Assembly: GCA_025352665.1 (NCBI GenBank) | Contig: JANXSM010000054.1 | Span: 7,027 to 71,026 of the forward strand | Direction of reading: 5' to 3' | Source of the DNA: Rhodospirillales bacterium | GTDB taxonomy: Bacteria > Pseudomonadota > Alphaproteobacteria > Acetobacterales > Acetobacteraceae | DNA: 64,000 nt | Part shown: in pieces, positions 1 to 8,980 of the stretch | Layout of the letters: every line of letters begins with the position of its first letter | Numbering within the stretch: the first letter of the stretch is position 1 | Made by a program: the position numbers and the translations under genes | The notes under the pieces: generated by a model | Database searches by the model: none | What the model was told of the DNA's origin: nothing | What the model saw: the letters and a program-made list of their open reading frames with translations, nothing else

Positions 1-15
1 ACCGATCCATTTCTC

Positions 16-438
16 GTGCCCGAAGATCACACCGCCATCGACGCTATCGCTGCCATCGGAGACGAGCTCGACGTGTTCGACGACTGGATGGACCGCTACC
101 AACACATCATCGAGCTCGGCAGAAAACTACCACCCTTCCCGAAGGACTGGGCGAACGATGCGCACCGCGTGCCTGGCTGCCAAAGCCAGGTGTGGATGGA
201 GGCCACGCTGCGCGACGGACGGATGTTCTTCGCCGGCGCATCTGACGCGGCGATCGTCTCCGGCCTCGTGGCCCTGCTGCTGCGTGTCTATTCGGGTCGG
301 CCGCCCGCCGAAATCATCGCCACCGACCCGGTTTTTCTCAAGGATCTCGGCCTGCTGGAAGCGCTGTCCACCAACCGCGGCAACGGCATCGCCGCCATGG
401 CCCGCAAGGTGCGTGAGGCTGCAGCTTCGGTGAGGTGA
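16..438 (+). CDS. sufE: SufE-family sulfur-acceptor protein
   Basis: 140-aa ORF with a GTG start at 16. Carries the SufE hallmark 'VPGCQSQVWM' (persulfide-accepting Cys). Length and GC3 bias are typical. Confidence 0.85.
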   Translation: MPEDHTAIDAIAAIGDELDVFDDWMDRYQHIIELGRKLPPFPKDWANDAHRVPGCQSQVWMEATLRDGRMFFAGASDAAIVSGLVALLLRVYSGRPPAEIIATDPVFLKDLGLLEALSTNRGNGIAAMARKVREAAASVR

Positions 439-843
439 GCTGCAGGGCTGGTCACGGTCGCACCACTGCGGCAGTCTCGGCCATAAAACGAGGCGAGGCG
501 TTCATGCGGGCGAGTCATGCGTTCAACCAGCCGATCGTAACCGTTGCCGCAGGCGAGTTTCTTTTCTGGGCGCCAAACGCGAATTCAGCCTGGCCTTCCT
601 CCCAGCCTTCGTGGAAATGGACGACGGCCATCGGCGCAACCTGATGCAGGCAGCCGAACGCACAGCACGCGCGAGTAACGCGATCATTCCCCTGTATTGG
701 GAAACCCGCGTATGGGCCTTCAGGGATCGTTGCAGCTACACCGGCCGCGCCGACCAGCGCACCAGCGCCGGCGATTTGAGCCCGAAAGGAAATTGCGCTT
801 GACCGATCTCAGTCCATTGCTGGCCCAGGCGGGCGCCAACGAC

Positions 844-1635
844 ATGGCCTACGAAATGCCCAGCCTTGCCGGCCGCGCCATGATGCTGCGCTCAGCCCGG
901 CCCAAGTTTTGCTCGGCCGAAACCCCGGTGCTGTTCGTGCACCACGGCATGGGCCGCAACGGCGGCGACTACCGCGACTACTGGCTCCCCCTCGTCGATG
1001 AGGCCGATGTGCTGGTGATCGCCCCCGAATTCCCCGCCGAAGGCTTTCCAGGTGCTGCCTGGTACAACTACGGCAACCGCACCAACGATGCCGGCGCCAT
1101 CAACCCCAGCACCGCCTGGACCTATGAAATCGACGAGATCGTGTTCGCCGCCCTCGCCGCCCAAGGCCTCACGAAACGCGAGACCTACGGCCTGTTCGGC
1201 CATTCTGCCGGCAGCCAGTTCGTCCACCGCATGCTGCCGCTCGGCGATCGCAGCAAGGTCGCCACAGCCGTCGCCGCCAATGCCGGCAGCTACGCCCTGC
1301 CCGACCTCGAAACTCCCTGGCCGTTCGGCCTCGCCGGCACCGACATGGACGATGCCGGCCTGCGCGCCTGGCTCGGCTTCCGCCTTACCATCATGGCCGG
1401 AACCGCCGACAACGACACCATCGGCGACAACCTGCCCCGCGAACCCCTCTCGCTCGCACAAGGCCCGCATCGCCATGCCCGAGCCCACAACTTCATCGCC
1501 AAAGCCCGTGATAAGGCCACAGCCCTCGGCATCCGCTGCGCCTGGACCATCATCGACGTCGAAGGCGTCGCCCACGACGGCAAACGCATGTCAGCTGCCG
1601 CCGCCCCCGTGCTCGCCGCCGCCCTGCACGCGTGA
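844..1635 (+). CDS. alpha/beta-fold hydrolase (esterase-like)
   Basis: Track ORF 697..1635. The internal ATG at 844 precedes the conserved core. Nucleophile elbow 'GHSAG' and 'VLFVHHGMGRNG' are present. The start is uncertain. Confidence 0.65.
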   Translation: MAYEMPSLAGRAMMLRSARPKFCSAETPVLFVHHGMGRNGGDYRDYWLPLVDEADVLVIAPEFPAEGFPGAAWYNYGNRTNDAGAINPSTAWTYEIDEIVFAALAAQGLTKRETYGLFGHSAGSQFVHRMLPLGDRSKVATAVAANAGSYALPDLETPWPFGLAGTDMDDAGLRAWLGFRLTIMAGTADNDTIGDNLPREPLSLAQGPHRHARAHNFIAKARDKATALGIRCAWTIIDVEGVAHDGKRMSAAAAPVLAAALHA

Positions 1636-1719
1636 ACGGGTCCGGTTGCGCCGGGTGGCCTTCGGCGCGGAGTGCCGTCGTGGCGGGGCCGAGCCTGAAG
1701 CTCTGCATGTCCATCGGGC

Positions 1720-2700
1720 TCAGGCGCCCTTGAGGAATTCGGCGAAGTAATCATCCACCATCACCCGCCGCGTGGTGAGTTCCGACTCGAACGCCTGATC
1801 CGCGAACATCTGGATCGCGTCAGCGTTCTTTTCATAGCCGTACGGATGGTAATCCTCGCCCATCAGCGCTGCGGTCTCATCGAGGTCTGCCTCGAGCCAG
1901 GGCGAGGCGTAGGGGAAATTGCGCAGGCTTTGGGTGAACATGTCGTTGCAGGCAATGAAGGCGTCAGTGAGGCTTTTGGCGATCCAAGGGTTCGCCTCCC
2001 ACACCGGCCGGTGCAGCAGCATCAGGTGCTGGGGCGGATAGGCGCGGGTTTTGCGGAAGTAGTCCTGCTCCACGCTTTTATAGCCCGGGAACAGGCGCAC
2101 AATCGGGCCATTTGCAGCATCGTAGGCCTTCGGGCGATTGGGGCTGTAGATGGCGTCGAGATCGCCGTCCACGAGCATTTCGGCGATCGACTTGCCGGCC
2201 GGCGGCTCCTTCACATGCGCCGGCAGCACGAAGGTGCTGGTGGTCGGCCGCGGCTGATCGATCGGGCCGATCCACCAGTGCAGCGCCGTCAGGTCGACGC
2301 CGATATAGCGCAGGAAATGGCGATACCAGACCGCCCCACTGTTCGCCCAGCCATACATGCCGATGCGGCAGCCGGCGAGATCGGCGGGCGATTTGATTGG
2401 GCCGCCCTTGCGAACATACAGGTCGCGGGCGGTGAAGTTGCGCAGCGGGAACACCGGCAGGCCGACCAGGCTGCGATCGCCGCGGTCCATGCGCAGCAGA
2501 TGCACGCACACCGAGCCTTCGCCGCCGTGCACCTTGGGGTCATGGATGGCGCGGCGAAGCATTTCCGCGCGCATCGGCCAGGAGCCGCCAGTGCCGACTT
2601 CGAGTGTGAGGTCAATCCCGTCGGGTTTCACCTGCTTGGTCACCAGCGGCATCACGCGGGCGTAGTCGGCACACGTGAGCGTGAGTTTCAGATCGGCCAT
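1720..2700 (-). CDS. NMT1/THI5-like periplasmic-binding-fold protein, 4,5-dihydroxyphthalate decarboxylase-like
   Basis: 326-aa ORF with an ATG at 2700. The N-terminus 'MADLKLTLTCADYARVMPLV..' and the overall pattern resemble PhtD-type decarboxylases. This is a family-level call from memory only. Confidence 0.5.
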   Translation of the reverse strand: MADLKLTLTCADYARVMPLVTKQVKPDGIDLTLEVGTGGSWPMRAEMLRRAIHDPKVHGGEGSVCVHLLRMDRGDRSLVGLPVFPLRNFTARDLYVRKGGPIKSPADLAGCRIGMYGWANSGAVWYRHFLRYIGVDLTALHWWIGPIDQPRPTTSTFVLPAHVKEPPAGKSIAEMLVDGDLDAIYSPNRPKAYDAANGPIVRLFPGYKSVEQDYFRKTRAYPPQHLMLLHRPVWEANPWIAKSLTDAFIACNDMFTQSLRNFPYASPWLEADLDETAALMGEDYHPYGYEKNADAIQMFADQAFESELTTRRVMVDDYFAEFLKGA

Positions 2701-2716
2701 GCGCGCTGCCTCGGTA

Positions 2717-3631
2717 TCAGTTCGCTGGCAGGTTGGCCCCGTAGACCTGCAGCTGGCAATAGGCGGCGGTCACGAACGGTGCAGCCACACCTTCGCCCCG
2801 ACGCAGCAGGTCACCGAGAATATGATCCGCCTCGATCTTCGGCGCCTTGTTGTCCAGGTCACGCCGCATCGATGTGATGAACGGCGATTTCGGGTCGGTC
2901 AACATGGCCCGCGTCCTGGCGAAGGTAGCCGGCCGTGGGTCATGCCCGGCCTTGGCGCACAGCGCACGGCATTCCTCGGCCACGGCTGCGGCAATCTTCG
3001 GGCCGTCCCTGGTTGCCATGATCTGGGCGACATTGCCGCGCAGCAGGCAAGTGAGCGTGCCGCCGGCGGAAAGCAGCGACCATTTGTCCCACAGATCCTG
3101 CACGATCTCGGTGGAAACCTTCGCCGTGACGGGTGTTTTGGCGAACAGCGCCGCGAACGCAAGCAGGCTCGCCTGCGGTGCGCCGAAGCGGTTGCCGAAC
3201 AGCATCGTGTCGGCCGTGCCGAAATGGCGAATATGGCCGTTGGCCTCGAGCGTGATGGAAATCATGCAGACACCACCGAGTACATTCTCGGCCGCAAACC
3301 GGGCGTCGAGCGCATCGAAATGGGCGATGCCGTTGAGGATCGGCACGATCAGCGTGGCAGGCCCAACCGCAGGGGCGATGGCTGCGATGGCGGCGTCCAG
3401 GTCATACGCCTTGCAGGCCAGCAGGATCAGGTCGGCCTGCTCCGCCGGCGTTTCAACAACCTTGACGGGCATGCGGATCTCGCGGCCGCCGGTGTGCACC
3501 ACAAGCCCGTCCTCGGCCAACTGGCCGGCGCGACGCGGACGGACCAGAAAGGTCACGTCGGCGCCCGCCTCGATCAGATGCGCCCCGTAATATGCGCCGA
3601 TCGCACCGGCGCCGAGGATAAGGATGCGCAT
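2717..3631 (-). CDS. panE: 2-dehydropantoate 2-reductase family (ApbA/PanE) oxidoreductase
   Basis: 304 aa with an N-terminal Rossmann motif '[16 protein letters not shown]'. The ATG at 3631 overlaps the lepA stop by 1 nt (TGATG). Confidence 0.7.
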   Translation of the reverse strand: MRILILGAGAIGAYYGAHLIEAGADVTFLVRPRRAGQLAEDGLVVHTGGREIRMPVKVVETPAEQADLILLACKAYDLDAAIAAIAPAVGPATLIVPILNGIAHFDALDARFAAENVLGGVCMISITLEANGHIRHFGTADTMLFGNRFGAPQASLLAFAALFAKTPVTAKVSTEIVQDLWDKWSLLSAGGTLTCLLRGNVAQIMATRDGPKIAAAVAEECRALCAKAGHDPRPATFARTRAMLTDPKSPFITSMRRDLDNKAPKIEADHILGDLLRRGEGVAAPFVTAAYCQLQVYGANLPAN

Positions 3632-5436
3632 CAGCCGTCCATCTTGAGGGCTGCGAGGAACGCCGACTGCGGAATTTCCACCTTGCCGAACTGGCGCATG
3701 CGCTTCTTGCCCTCCTTTTGCTTATCGAGCAGTTTTCTTTTCCGGCTGATGTCACCGCCATAGCATTTCGCGGTGACGTCTTTCGAAAGGGCCCCGATCG
3801 TCTCACGCGCGATCACCCGCCCGCCGATCGCAGCCTGGATGGCGATCTTAAACAGCTGCTTGGGGATCAGATCCTTCAGCTTCTCGCAGATCGAACGGCC
3901 TCGCTTGTCGGCCTGGGAACGGTGGGCGATGAAGCTCAGCGCGTCCACCGGGTCCTGGTTCACCAGGATCGAGATACGCACCAGGTCGCCTTCCTCATAG
4001 CCGTCCATGGCGTAGTCGAAGCTGGCATAGCCGCGGCTGACCGACTTCAGCCGGTCGTAGAAGTCGAACACCACTTCATTGAGCGGCAGGCGATACACGG
4101 CCATGGCGCGGTTGCCGACATAGGTGAGGTCCACCTGCTGGCCACGGCGCTCGTTGCACAGCGTGAGGATGGAGCCGAGATAATCGTCCGGCACCATGAT
4201 GGTCGCCTTGATCCAGGGCTCCGAGATCGTCTTGATAAGCGTCGGGTCCGGCATGTCGGCCGGGTTGTGCAGCTCCTCCTCGGTGCCGTCGTTGCGTTCA
4301 AGCCTGTAGACCACGGAGGGCGCGGTCGCGATCAAATCGAGGTCGAACTCACGCGACAGGCGCTCCTGGATGATCTCCAGATGCAGCAGGCCGAGAAAGC
4401 CGCAGCGATAGCCGAAGCCCAACGCGGCCGAGGATTCGGCCTCGTAATGGAAACTCGCGTCGTTGAGGCGAAGCTTGCCGAGCGATTCCCGCAGCTTCTC
4501 GAAATCATCCGCATCGATCGGGAACAGGCCGCACCACACCACGGGGATCGACGGCTTGAACCCGGCCAGCGCCTCGGCGGCCGGTGCGCGATCATCCGTG
4601 ATGGTGTCGCCAACATTGCAATCGGCCACGGTCTTGATGGCAGCCGTGATGTAGCCCAACTCGCCCGGACCCAGATCGTCCACCGGCGTCATGCGCGGCG
4701 CGAACACGCCGACCTGCTCGATGTTATGCGTCGAGCCCTTGGACATCATGCGGATCTTCTGGCCGCGCTTCATCCGCCCGTCCTTGATACGGACCAGGAT
4801 GACCACGCCGAGATAGGCGTCGTACCAACTGTCGACCAGCAAAGCCTTGAGCGGCGCACTGGCATCGCCGATCGGCGGCGGCAGCCGGTGCACGATGGCT
4901 TCCAGCACGCCGTCGATGTTGATGCCGGATTTGGCCGAGATCATCACCGCCTCAGACGCATCGAGCCCGATCACGTCCTCGATCTGCTGCTTGACCCGGT
5001 CGGGCTCGGCGGCCGGCAAGTCGATCTTGTTGAGCACCGGCACGATCTCGTGGTTGGCGTCCATCGCCTGATACACGTTGGCCAAGGTCTGCGCTTCCAC
5101 GCCCTGGGAGGCATCGACCACCAGCAGGCTGCCTTCGCAGGCGGCCAGGCTGCGCGAAACCTCGTAGGCGAAGTCGACATGGCCCGGCGTGTCCATGAGG
5201 TTGAGCGTATAGACCTCGCCGTTGAGCGCCTTGTAGGTCAGGCGCACGGTCTGCGCCTTGATGGTGATGCCGCGCTCCTTTTCCAGTTCCATGCTGTCGA
5301 GCACCTGCTCCGTCATCTCACGAGCCGAGAGGGCGCCGGTGGTCTGGATCAGCCGGTCGGCCAGGGTGGATTTCCCGTGATCGATATGGGCGATGATGGA
5401 GAAGTTGCGGATGTGGCTGAGGTCGGTCTTCGTCAT
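3631..5436 (-). CDS. lepA: translation elongation factor 4 (LepA)
   Basis: '[21 protein letters not shown]', 'DTPGHVDF', 'NKIDL' and a full-length LepA C-terminal domain. Start chosen at MTKTD (5436) inside track ORF 3631..5448. Confidence 0.95.
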   Translation of the reverse strand: MTKTDLSHIRNFSIIAHIDHGKSTLADRLIQTTGALSAREMTEQVLDSMELEKERGITIKAQTVRLTYKALNGEVYTLNLMDTPGHVDFAYEVSRSLAACEGSLLVVDASQGVEAQTLANVYQAMDANHEIVPVLNKIDLPAAEPDRVKQQIEDVIGLDASEAVMISAKSGINIDGVLEAIVHRLPPPIGDASAPLKALLVDSWYDAYLGVVILVRIKDGRMKRGQKIRMMSKGSTHNIEQVGVFAPRMTPVDDLGPGELGYITAAIKTVADCNVGDTITDDRAPAAEALAGFKPSIPVVWCGLFPIDADDFEKLRESLGKLRLNDASFHYEAESSAALGFGYRCGFLGLLHLEIIQERLSREFDLDLIATAPSVVYRLERNDGTEEELHNPADMPDPTLIKTISEPWIKATIMVPDDYLGSILTLCNERRGQQVDLTYVGNRAMAVYRLPLNEVVFDFYDRLKSVSRGYASFDYAMDGYEEGDLVRISILVNQDPVDALSFIAHRSQADKRGRSICEKLKDLIPKQLFKIAIQAAIGGRVIARETIGALSKDVTAKCYGGDISRKRKLLDKQKEGKKRMRQFGKVEIPQSAFLAALKMDG

Positions 5437-5472
5437 GCGCGCACACATAGGCGGAAACCGGGGATTTGTCAG

Positions 5473-5576
5473 CTAGAGCGTGATGACCGCAGGTGGAATC
5501 ACCGGAAGGTCTGAATCACGCGATAAAACAAATAGCTAGGGCGTGATGATTTCGCCGGTCAGAAATCATCCCGATC
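5473..5576. repeat. interspersed hairpin repeat, copy A (inverted relative to copy C)
   Basis: CTAGAGCGTGATGACCGCAGGTGGAATCACCGGAAGGTCTGAATCACGCGAT... aligns base-for-base with the reverse complement of 32797-32859. It is followed by a degenerate hairpin module (GATGATTTC/GAAATCATC). Confidence 0.8.
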
Positions 5577-5595
5577 CACGGCAGGGCCAGCAGCC

Positions 5596-7968
5596 TCAAG
5601 GCCATAGCGTCCCCAACACCTCGATCAACGCCTCCGCGTCGAACGGCCGCTGCAGCAGACGCCAAGGCGTGGCGCCGGCTTCGATCGCACGGGTGTCGCT
5701 CGAGGTCAGCACCACCGCAAGCTCCGGGCGCAGCCGCTGCGCCAGCGCCGCGAGCTGCACGCCGCTCAACGCACCAGGCAGTGTGAGATCGCTGAACAGC
5801 AGGTCGTAGTCGCGGCTGGAGCGCAGCTCCACCAGGGCTGCCTCTGTCGAGGCCACGCCGACCGTGTCGAAGCCGAGTTGGCGGAACAGCTGCAGCATCG
5901 CGGCCCTTGTGTCTGTGCGCGGCTCGACCACCAAGGCGCTGCGGCTCTGCGCATCGAACCGTTGGGCGGCTTCGCCGCGATTGCGGCCTTCAGCCCCTGC
6001 GCGAGGGAAATACAGGTCCACGATGGTGCCCTCGCCTGGCGTGCTGGAAATCGACATCGCGCCACGGCTCTGATGGACAAAACCGTAGACCATGCTGAGG
6101 CCAAGCCCGCTGCCGGTGCCGATCGCCTTGGTGGTGAAGAACGGCTCGAAGATCCGCGGCAGCACGGCAGGGTCGATGCCGCTACCGTTGTCGGCCACCC
6201 GAACCCGCACATGGGCGCCGATGGGAATGGTGTCGGGCAGCGCCTGCAGCGGGGCGGACAGGGTGAGCGGGTCGACCGCGATGACGATCTCACCGCGCTG
6301 GCCGTCCTGATCGCCCAACGCATCGCGGGCGTTGATCACCAGGTTCATCACCGCATTCTCGAACTGCCCGGCGTCGACCTCCACGACCAGCCTCCCCTGT
6401 GCCACCGCGTCGGGCGGAGGCGCCATGACAACGAGCGAGGCCTGCCCCCCCACCGCGCGCGCCAGCAGCGGCTGCAACGCCACCACCGCCGACTGCAACT
6501 CAACGTCGCGCGGGCTCAGCGACTGGCGACGGGCGTAGCTCAGCAGCTGGCCGGTGAGCTCGGCACTGCGGTGCGTGGCGTGCATCGCAGGCTCCAACAG
6601 CTCGCGCAGGCCGGCGGGCAAATCCTCCGAGTCGATCACCGTCTCCAAGTTCAGTCCGATGACGGTGAGCAGGTTGTTGAAGTCATGCGCGATACCGCCG
6701 GTGATCTGGCCGATCGTCTTGAGCTTCTCGGCCCGCAGTAACGCATCAGCGGCCAGCTTCTGCTCGGTGATGTCCTGGATCACCCCGGTGATGCCGATCA
6801 CCGTGCCCGCGGCGTCACGCCGCAGCCGCGACAGCTCTCGCAACGTGCGCACCTCGCCGGACGGACGCACGATACGGTACTCGAACTGCAGGTCCGGGCC
6901 ACCGCGGGTGGTACGCCGATACGATTCGCGGAACATGCGGCGGTCGTCAGGATGCACACAGGCGATCACCTGCTCGGATAAAATCGGCCCGACCCCGGGT
7001 TCCTGGCCCAGAATGCAATACAGCTCGGGCGACCAGACCAAACGGCGGGGCGAGAAATCGATAGTCCACAGACCCATGCCGGCCAGCCTCGCCGCGCCCT
7101 CCAGCTCGCTGGTGCGCGCGGTGAGACTCTCGGTGAGGCTGGCGAGCTCGGTGTTCGTGATCGCCAGCGCCGCCCGAGTCTGTTCAAACTCCGACACGTC
7201 CCATACCGTCACGAGGGCGGCCGGCCGTCTCTCGAAGTTGATGATTTGATAAGCGACATGAACCGGGAACGGCCGCCCGGTCGCATCCAAATGTACGGAG
7301 GTGATCATTTTGTGAACGCCTGGGTGCTCCGGCGCCTCGAAATAACTGAGGTGGCATGTCTCCGGCGGCAGCATCTCAGGCACCCGCCGCCTCAGGAACT
7401 CCTCGCGCGACCAACCGTATTTGGCGACTGCCGTCTCGTTTACCTGAAGGAAGGCCAAAGTTTCGAGATCGTACACCCACATCGGCATTGGGTTGCTCTC
7501 GAACATCAGACGAAACGACAGCACCTGCCGGCGTTGCTCCTCGCGCAGCGCATGCCGTTCGGTCACATCGGTCTGGATGGCGATGAAATGGGTCACCCGA
7601 TCGTCGTCGCGCACCGGCGTTATATCGAGCTCCACCATGAACGGCGTGCCGTCCCCGCGATAGTTCAGCAGCTCCACAGTGACCGCGCTGCCCGCCTCCA
7701 TCGCCTCGCGCAGCCGGGACCGGGCGTTTGCATCGGTGTCGCGGCCTTGCAGGAAGCGCGGCGCGCGCCCGAGCATCTCCGCGCGGGCGTAGCCAGCCAA
7801 GCGGCAGGCGGCATCGTTGGCGTACAAGATGCGCGGGCCCGGCTCGTCCAGCAAGGCATCGGTGATCAGAACACCGCTGCGCGTGGCCTGCAGAGCAAGG
7901 CGCAGCAGGTGGTGCTGCTCCTGTCCCTCCTCCGCGAGAAGGGTTGGGGAAGCTGGTTTGTCGCTCAT
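5596..7968 (-). CDS. hybrid sensor histidine kinase/response regulator with an N-terminal Cys-less LOV-like PAS, two further PAS domains, HisKA, HATPase and REC
   Basis: Track ORF 5596..8160; ATG at 7968 (MSDKPAS) chosen. LOV-like block '..LITD..ILYANDAACRLAGY..GRAPRFLQG..ELLNYRGDGTPF..FIAIQTDVTERH'. H-box 'IAHDFNNLL', G-boxes 'DNGSGI' and 'GTGSGLGLS', receiver 'LLFSDLTLPG'. Confidence 0.9.
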   Translation of the reverse strand: MSDKPASPTLLAEEGQEQHHLLRLALQATRSGVLITDALLDEPGPRILYANDAACRLAGYARAEMLGRAPRFLQGRDTDANARSRLREAMEAGSAVTVELLNYRGDGTPFMVELDITPVRDDDRVTHFIAIQTDVTERHALREEQRRQVLSFRLMFESNPMPMWVYDLETLAFLQVNETAVAKYGWSREEFLRRRVPEMLPPETCHLSYFEAPEHPGVHKMITSVHLDATGRPFPVHVAYQIINFERRPAALVTVWDVSEFEQTRAALAITNTELASLTESLTARTSELEGAARLAGMGLWTIDFSPRRLVWSPELYCILGQEPGVGPILSEQVIACVHPDDRRMFRESYRRTTRGGPDLQFEYRIVRPSGEVRTLRELSRLRRDAAGTVIGITGVIQDITEQKLAADALLRAEKLKTIGQITGGIAHDFNNLLTVIGLNLETVIDSEDLPAGLRELLEPAMHATHRSAELTGQLLSYARRQSLSPRDVELQSAVVALQPLLARAVGGQASLVVMAPPPDAVAQGRLVVEVDAGQFENAVMNLVINARDALGDQDGQRGEIVIAVDPLTLSAPLQALPDTIPIGAHVRVRVADNGSGIDPAVLPRIFEPFFTTKAIGTGSGLGLSMVYGFVHQSRGAMSISSTPGEGTIVDLYFPRAGAEGRNRGEAAQRFDAQSRSALVVEPRTDTRAAMLQLFRQLGFDTVGVASTEAALVELRSSRDYDLLFSDLTLPGALSGVQLAALAQRLRPELAVVLTSSDTRAIEAGATPWRLLQRPFDAEALIEVLGTLWP

Positions 7969-8269
7969 CCGCTCGCAGCACAGCCGGAAGTCACTTTTGC
8001 GACAGCAAGCCGCGGGCGGGGTCGATCTCGTGTCGCAGCCATGGCTCCGGAGTCCTTCGGCAAAACCGCGCACAGTGGGATCGATTGGCCCAGGCGACGC
8101 CTCATTTGCTGCGGCATCTGGCAAACACAACGGGCACAGCAGGCGATCCAGTATTAGCAATATTCGGTTGCATCATCAACACTTGAGCGAGCGTCGAAAT
8201 AATCATATTTTGTCATTTTACAGTAATTAATTGTTCGAATGTCCCTCCGCAACCCCGCCTGAGGCAGGC

Positions 8270-8980
8270 TCAGCTTTCGAACAGGCTCCGCAGGGCCACA
8301 ACGTCGCGCAGCACCAGGTGGCCATCCTGAGTCGCAACCAGCCCGCTCTCGCGCCACACGCGCAGCTGCTTATTCACGCTTTCCCGCGTGCTGGCCACCA
8401 GGGTCGACAGGTCGCGCTGCGACAGCTTGAGCGAGATGCGCATGCCGCCCGGTCCCTCGGCGCCATAATCCTCGGCAAGCTTGACCAGGCGCAGTGCCAA
8501 TCGGGCCGGCAGGCCCAACAGCGAGATCTCCTCCAGCGCCACCGAGGTTTTGCGCAGCCGGTCGCACAATACCACCAGTAGGCGTTCCACCAGCCCCTCG
8601 TGGCGCACCAGGAAGGGCAGGAACACCCGCCGCTCCAGCACCATCAACGTGGTCGCCTCCGCCGCCACCGCGTCGGCACTGCGGGGCTTGCCGTCGAGCA
8701 GGGAGAACTCGCCGAAAATTTCGCCTGGCCCCATCAGGTTCAGCGTTACCTCGCGCCCATCGAGCGTGGAGGAGCCAACGCGCACCTGCCCCATCAGCAC
8801 CACCATCATGCTGGTGCCGGCGTCGCCCTTGGAAAAGATGATGGCGCCGCGCGGCACCCGATGGTCGGTTGAAACGGCGATCAGCTCGTCGAGCTCATGA
8901 TGCAGCATGTTTTGGAAGAACGGGCTGGTGAGCAACGCATCACGCTTCATCAGGTCGAGCCGGCGTGGGGGACGTGTCAT
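8270..8980 (-). CDS. Crp/Fnr-family transcriptional regulator (cNMP-binding domain plus HTH)
   Basis: 'FGEFSLLDGKPRSADAVA' cNMP-binding signature and a C-terminal HTH '..SQRDLSTLVASTRESVNKQL'. The ATG at 8980 forms ATGA with the radical SAM stop (8977-8979). An alternative ATG lies at 8950. Confidence 0.85.
   Translation of the reverse strand: MTRPPRRLDLMKRDALLTSPFFQNMLHHELDELIAVSTDHRVPRGAIIFSKGDAGTSMMVVLMGQVRVGSSTLDGREVTLNLMGPGEIFGEFSLLDGKPRSADAVAAEATTLMVLERRVFLPFLVRHEGLVERLLVVLCDRLRKTSVALEEISLLGLPARLALRLVKLAEDYGAEGPGGMRISLKLSQRDLSTLVASTRESVNKQLRVWRESGLVATQDGHLVLRDVVALRSLFES

Noticed and set aside
439-843. Possible small gene or ncRNA in the 400-bp gap after sufE, including a minus-strand frame reading …HFHEGWEEGQAEFAFGAQK…
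   Set aside because: The only ATG gives 39 codons, there is no SD, GC3 is mixed, and no conserved structure is evident. I leave it unannotated.
3718-5514. Long ORFs in the track that overlap confidently identified genes. Examples: 3718..5514 (+) over lepA, 12170..13732 (+) over the cyclase gene, 44045..45673 (+) over the SBP gene, 60878..63229 (+) over yhiN/ftsY, 54799..56448 (-), 57368..59206 (-), 50443..52140 (-).
   Set aside because: All lie antisense or out of frame to genes with clear family signatures, encode Arg/Gly/Pro/His-rich sequence, and are the expected stop-poor frames of about 70 % GC DNA.
8270-8980. Calling the regulator an oxygen-sensing FNR
   Set aside because: It has no N-terminal Cys cluster and no cysteines in the first about 60 residues. 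The cNMP-binding-type signature is intact, so only the family-level Crp/Fnr call is supported.
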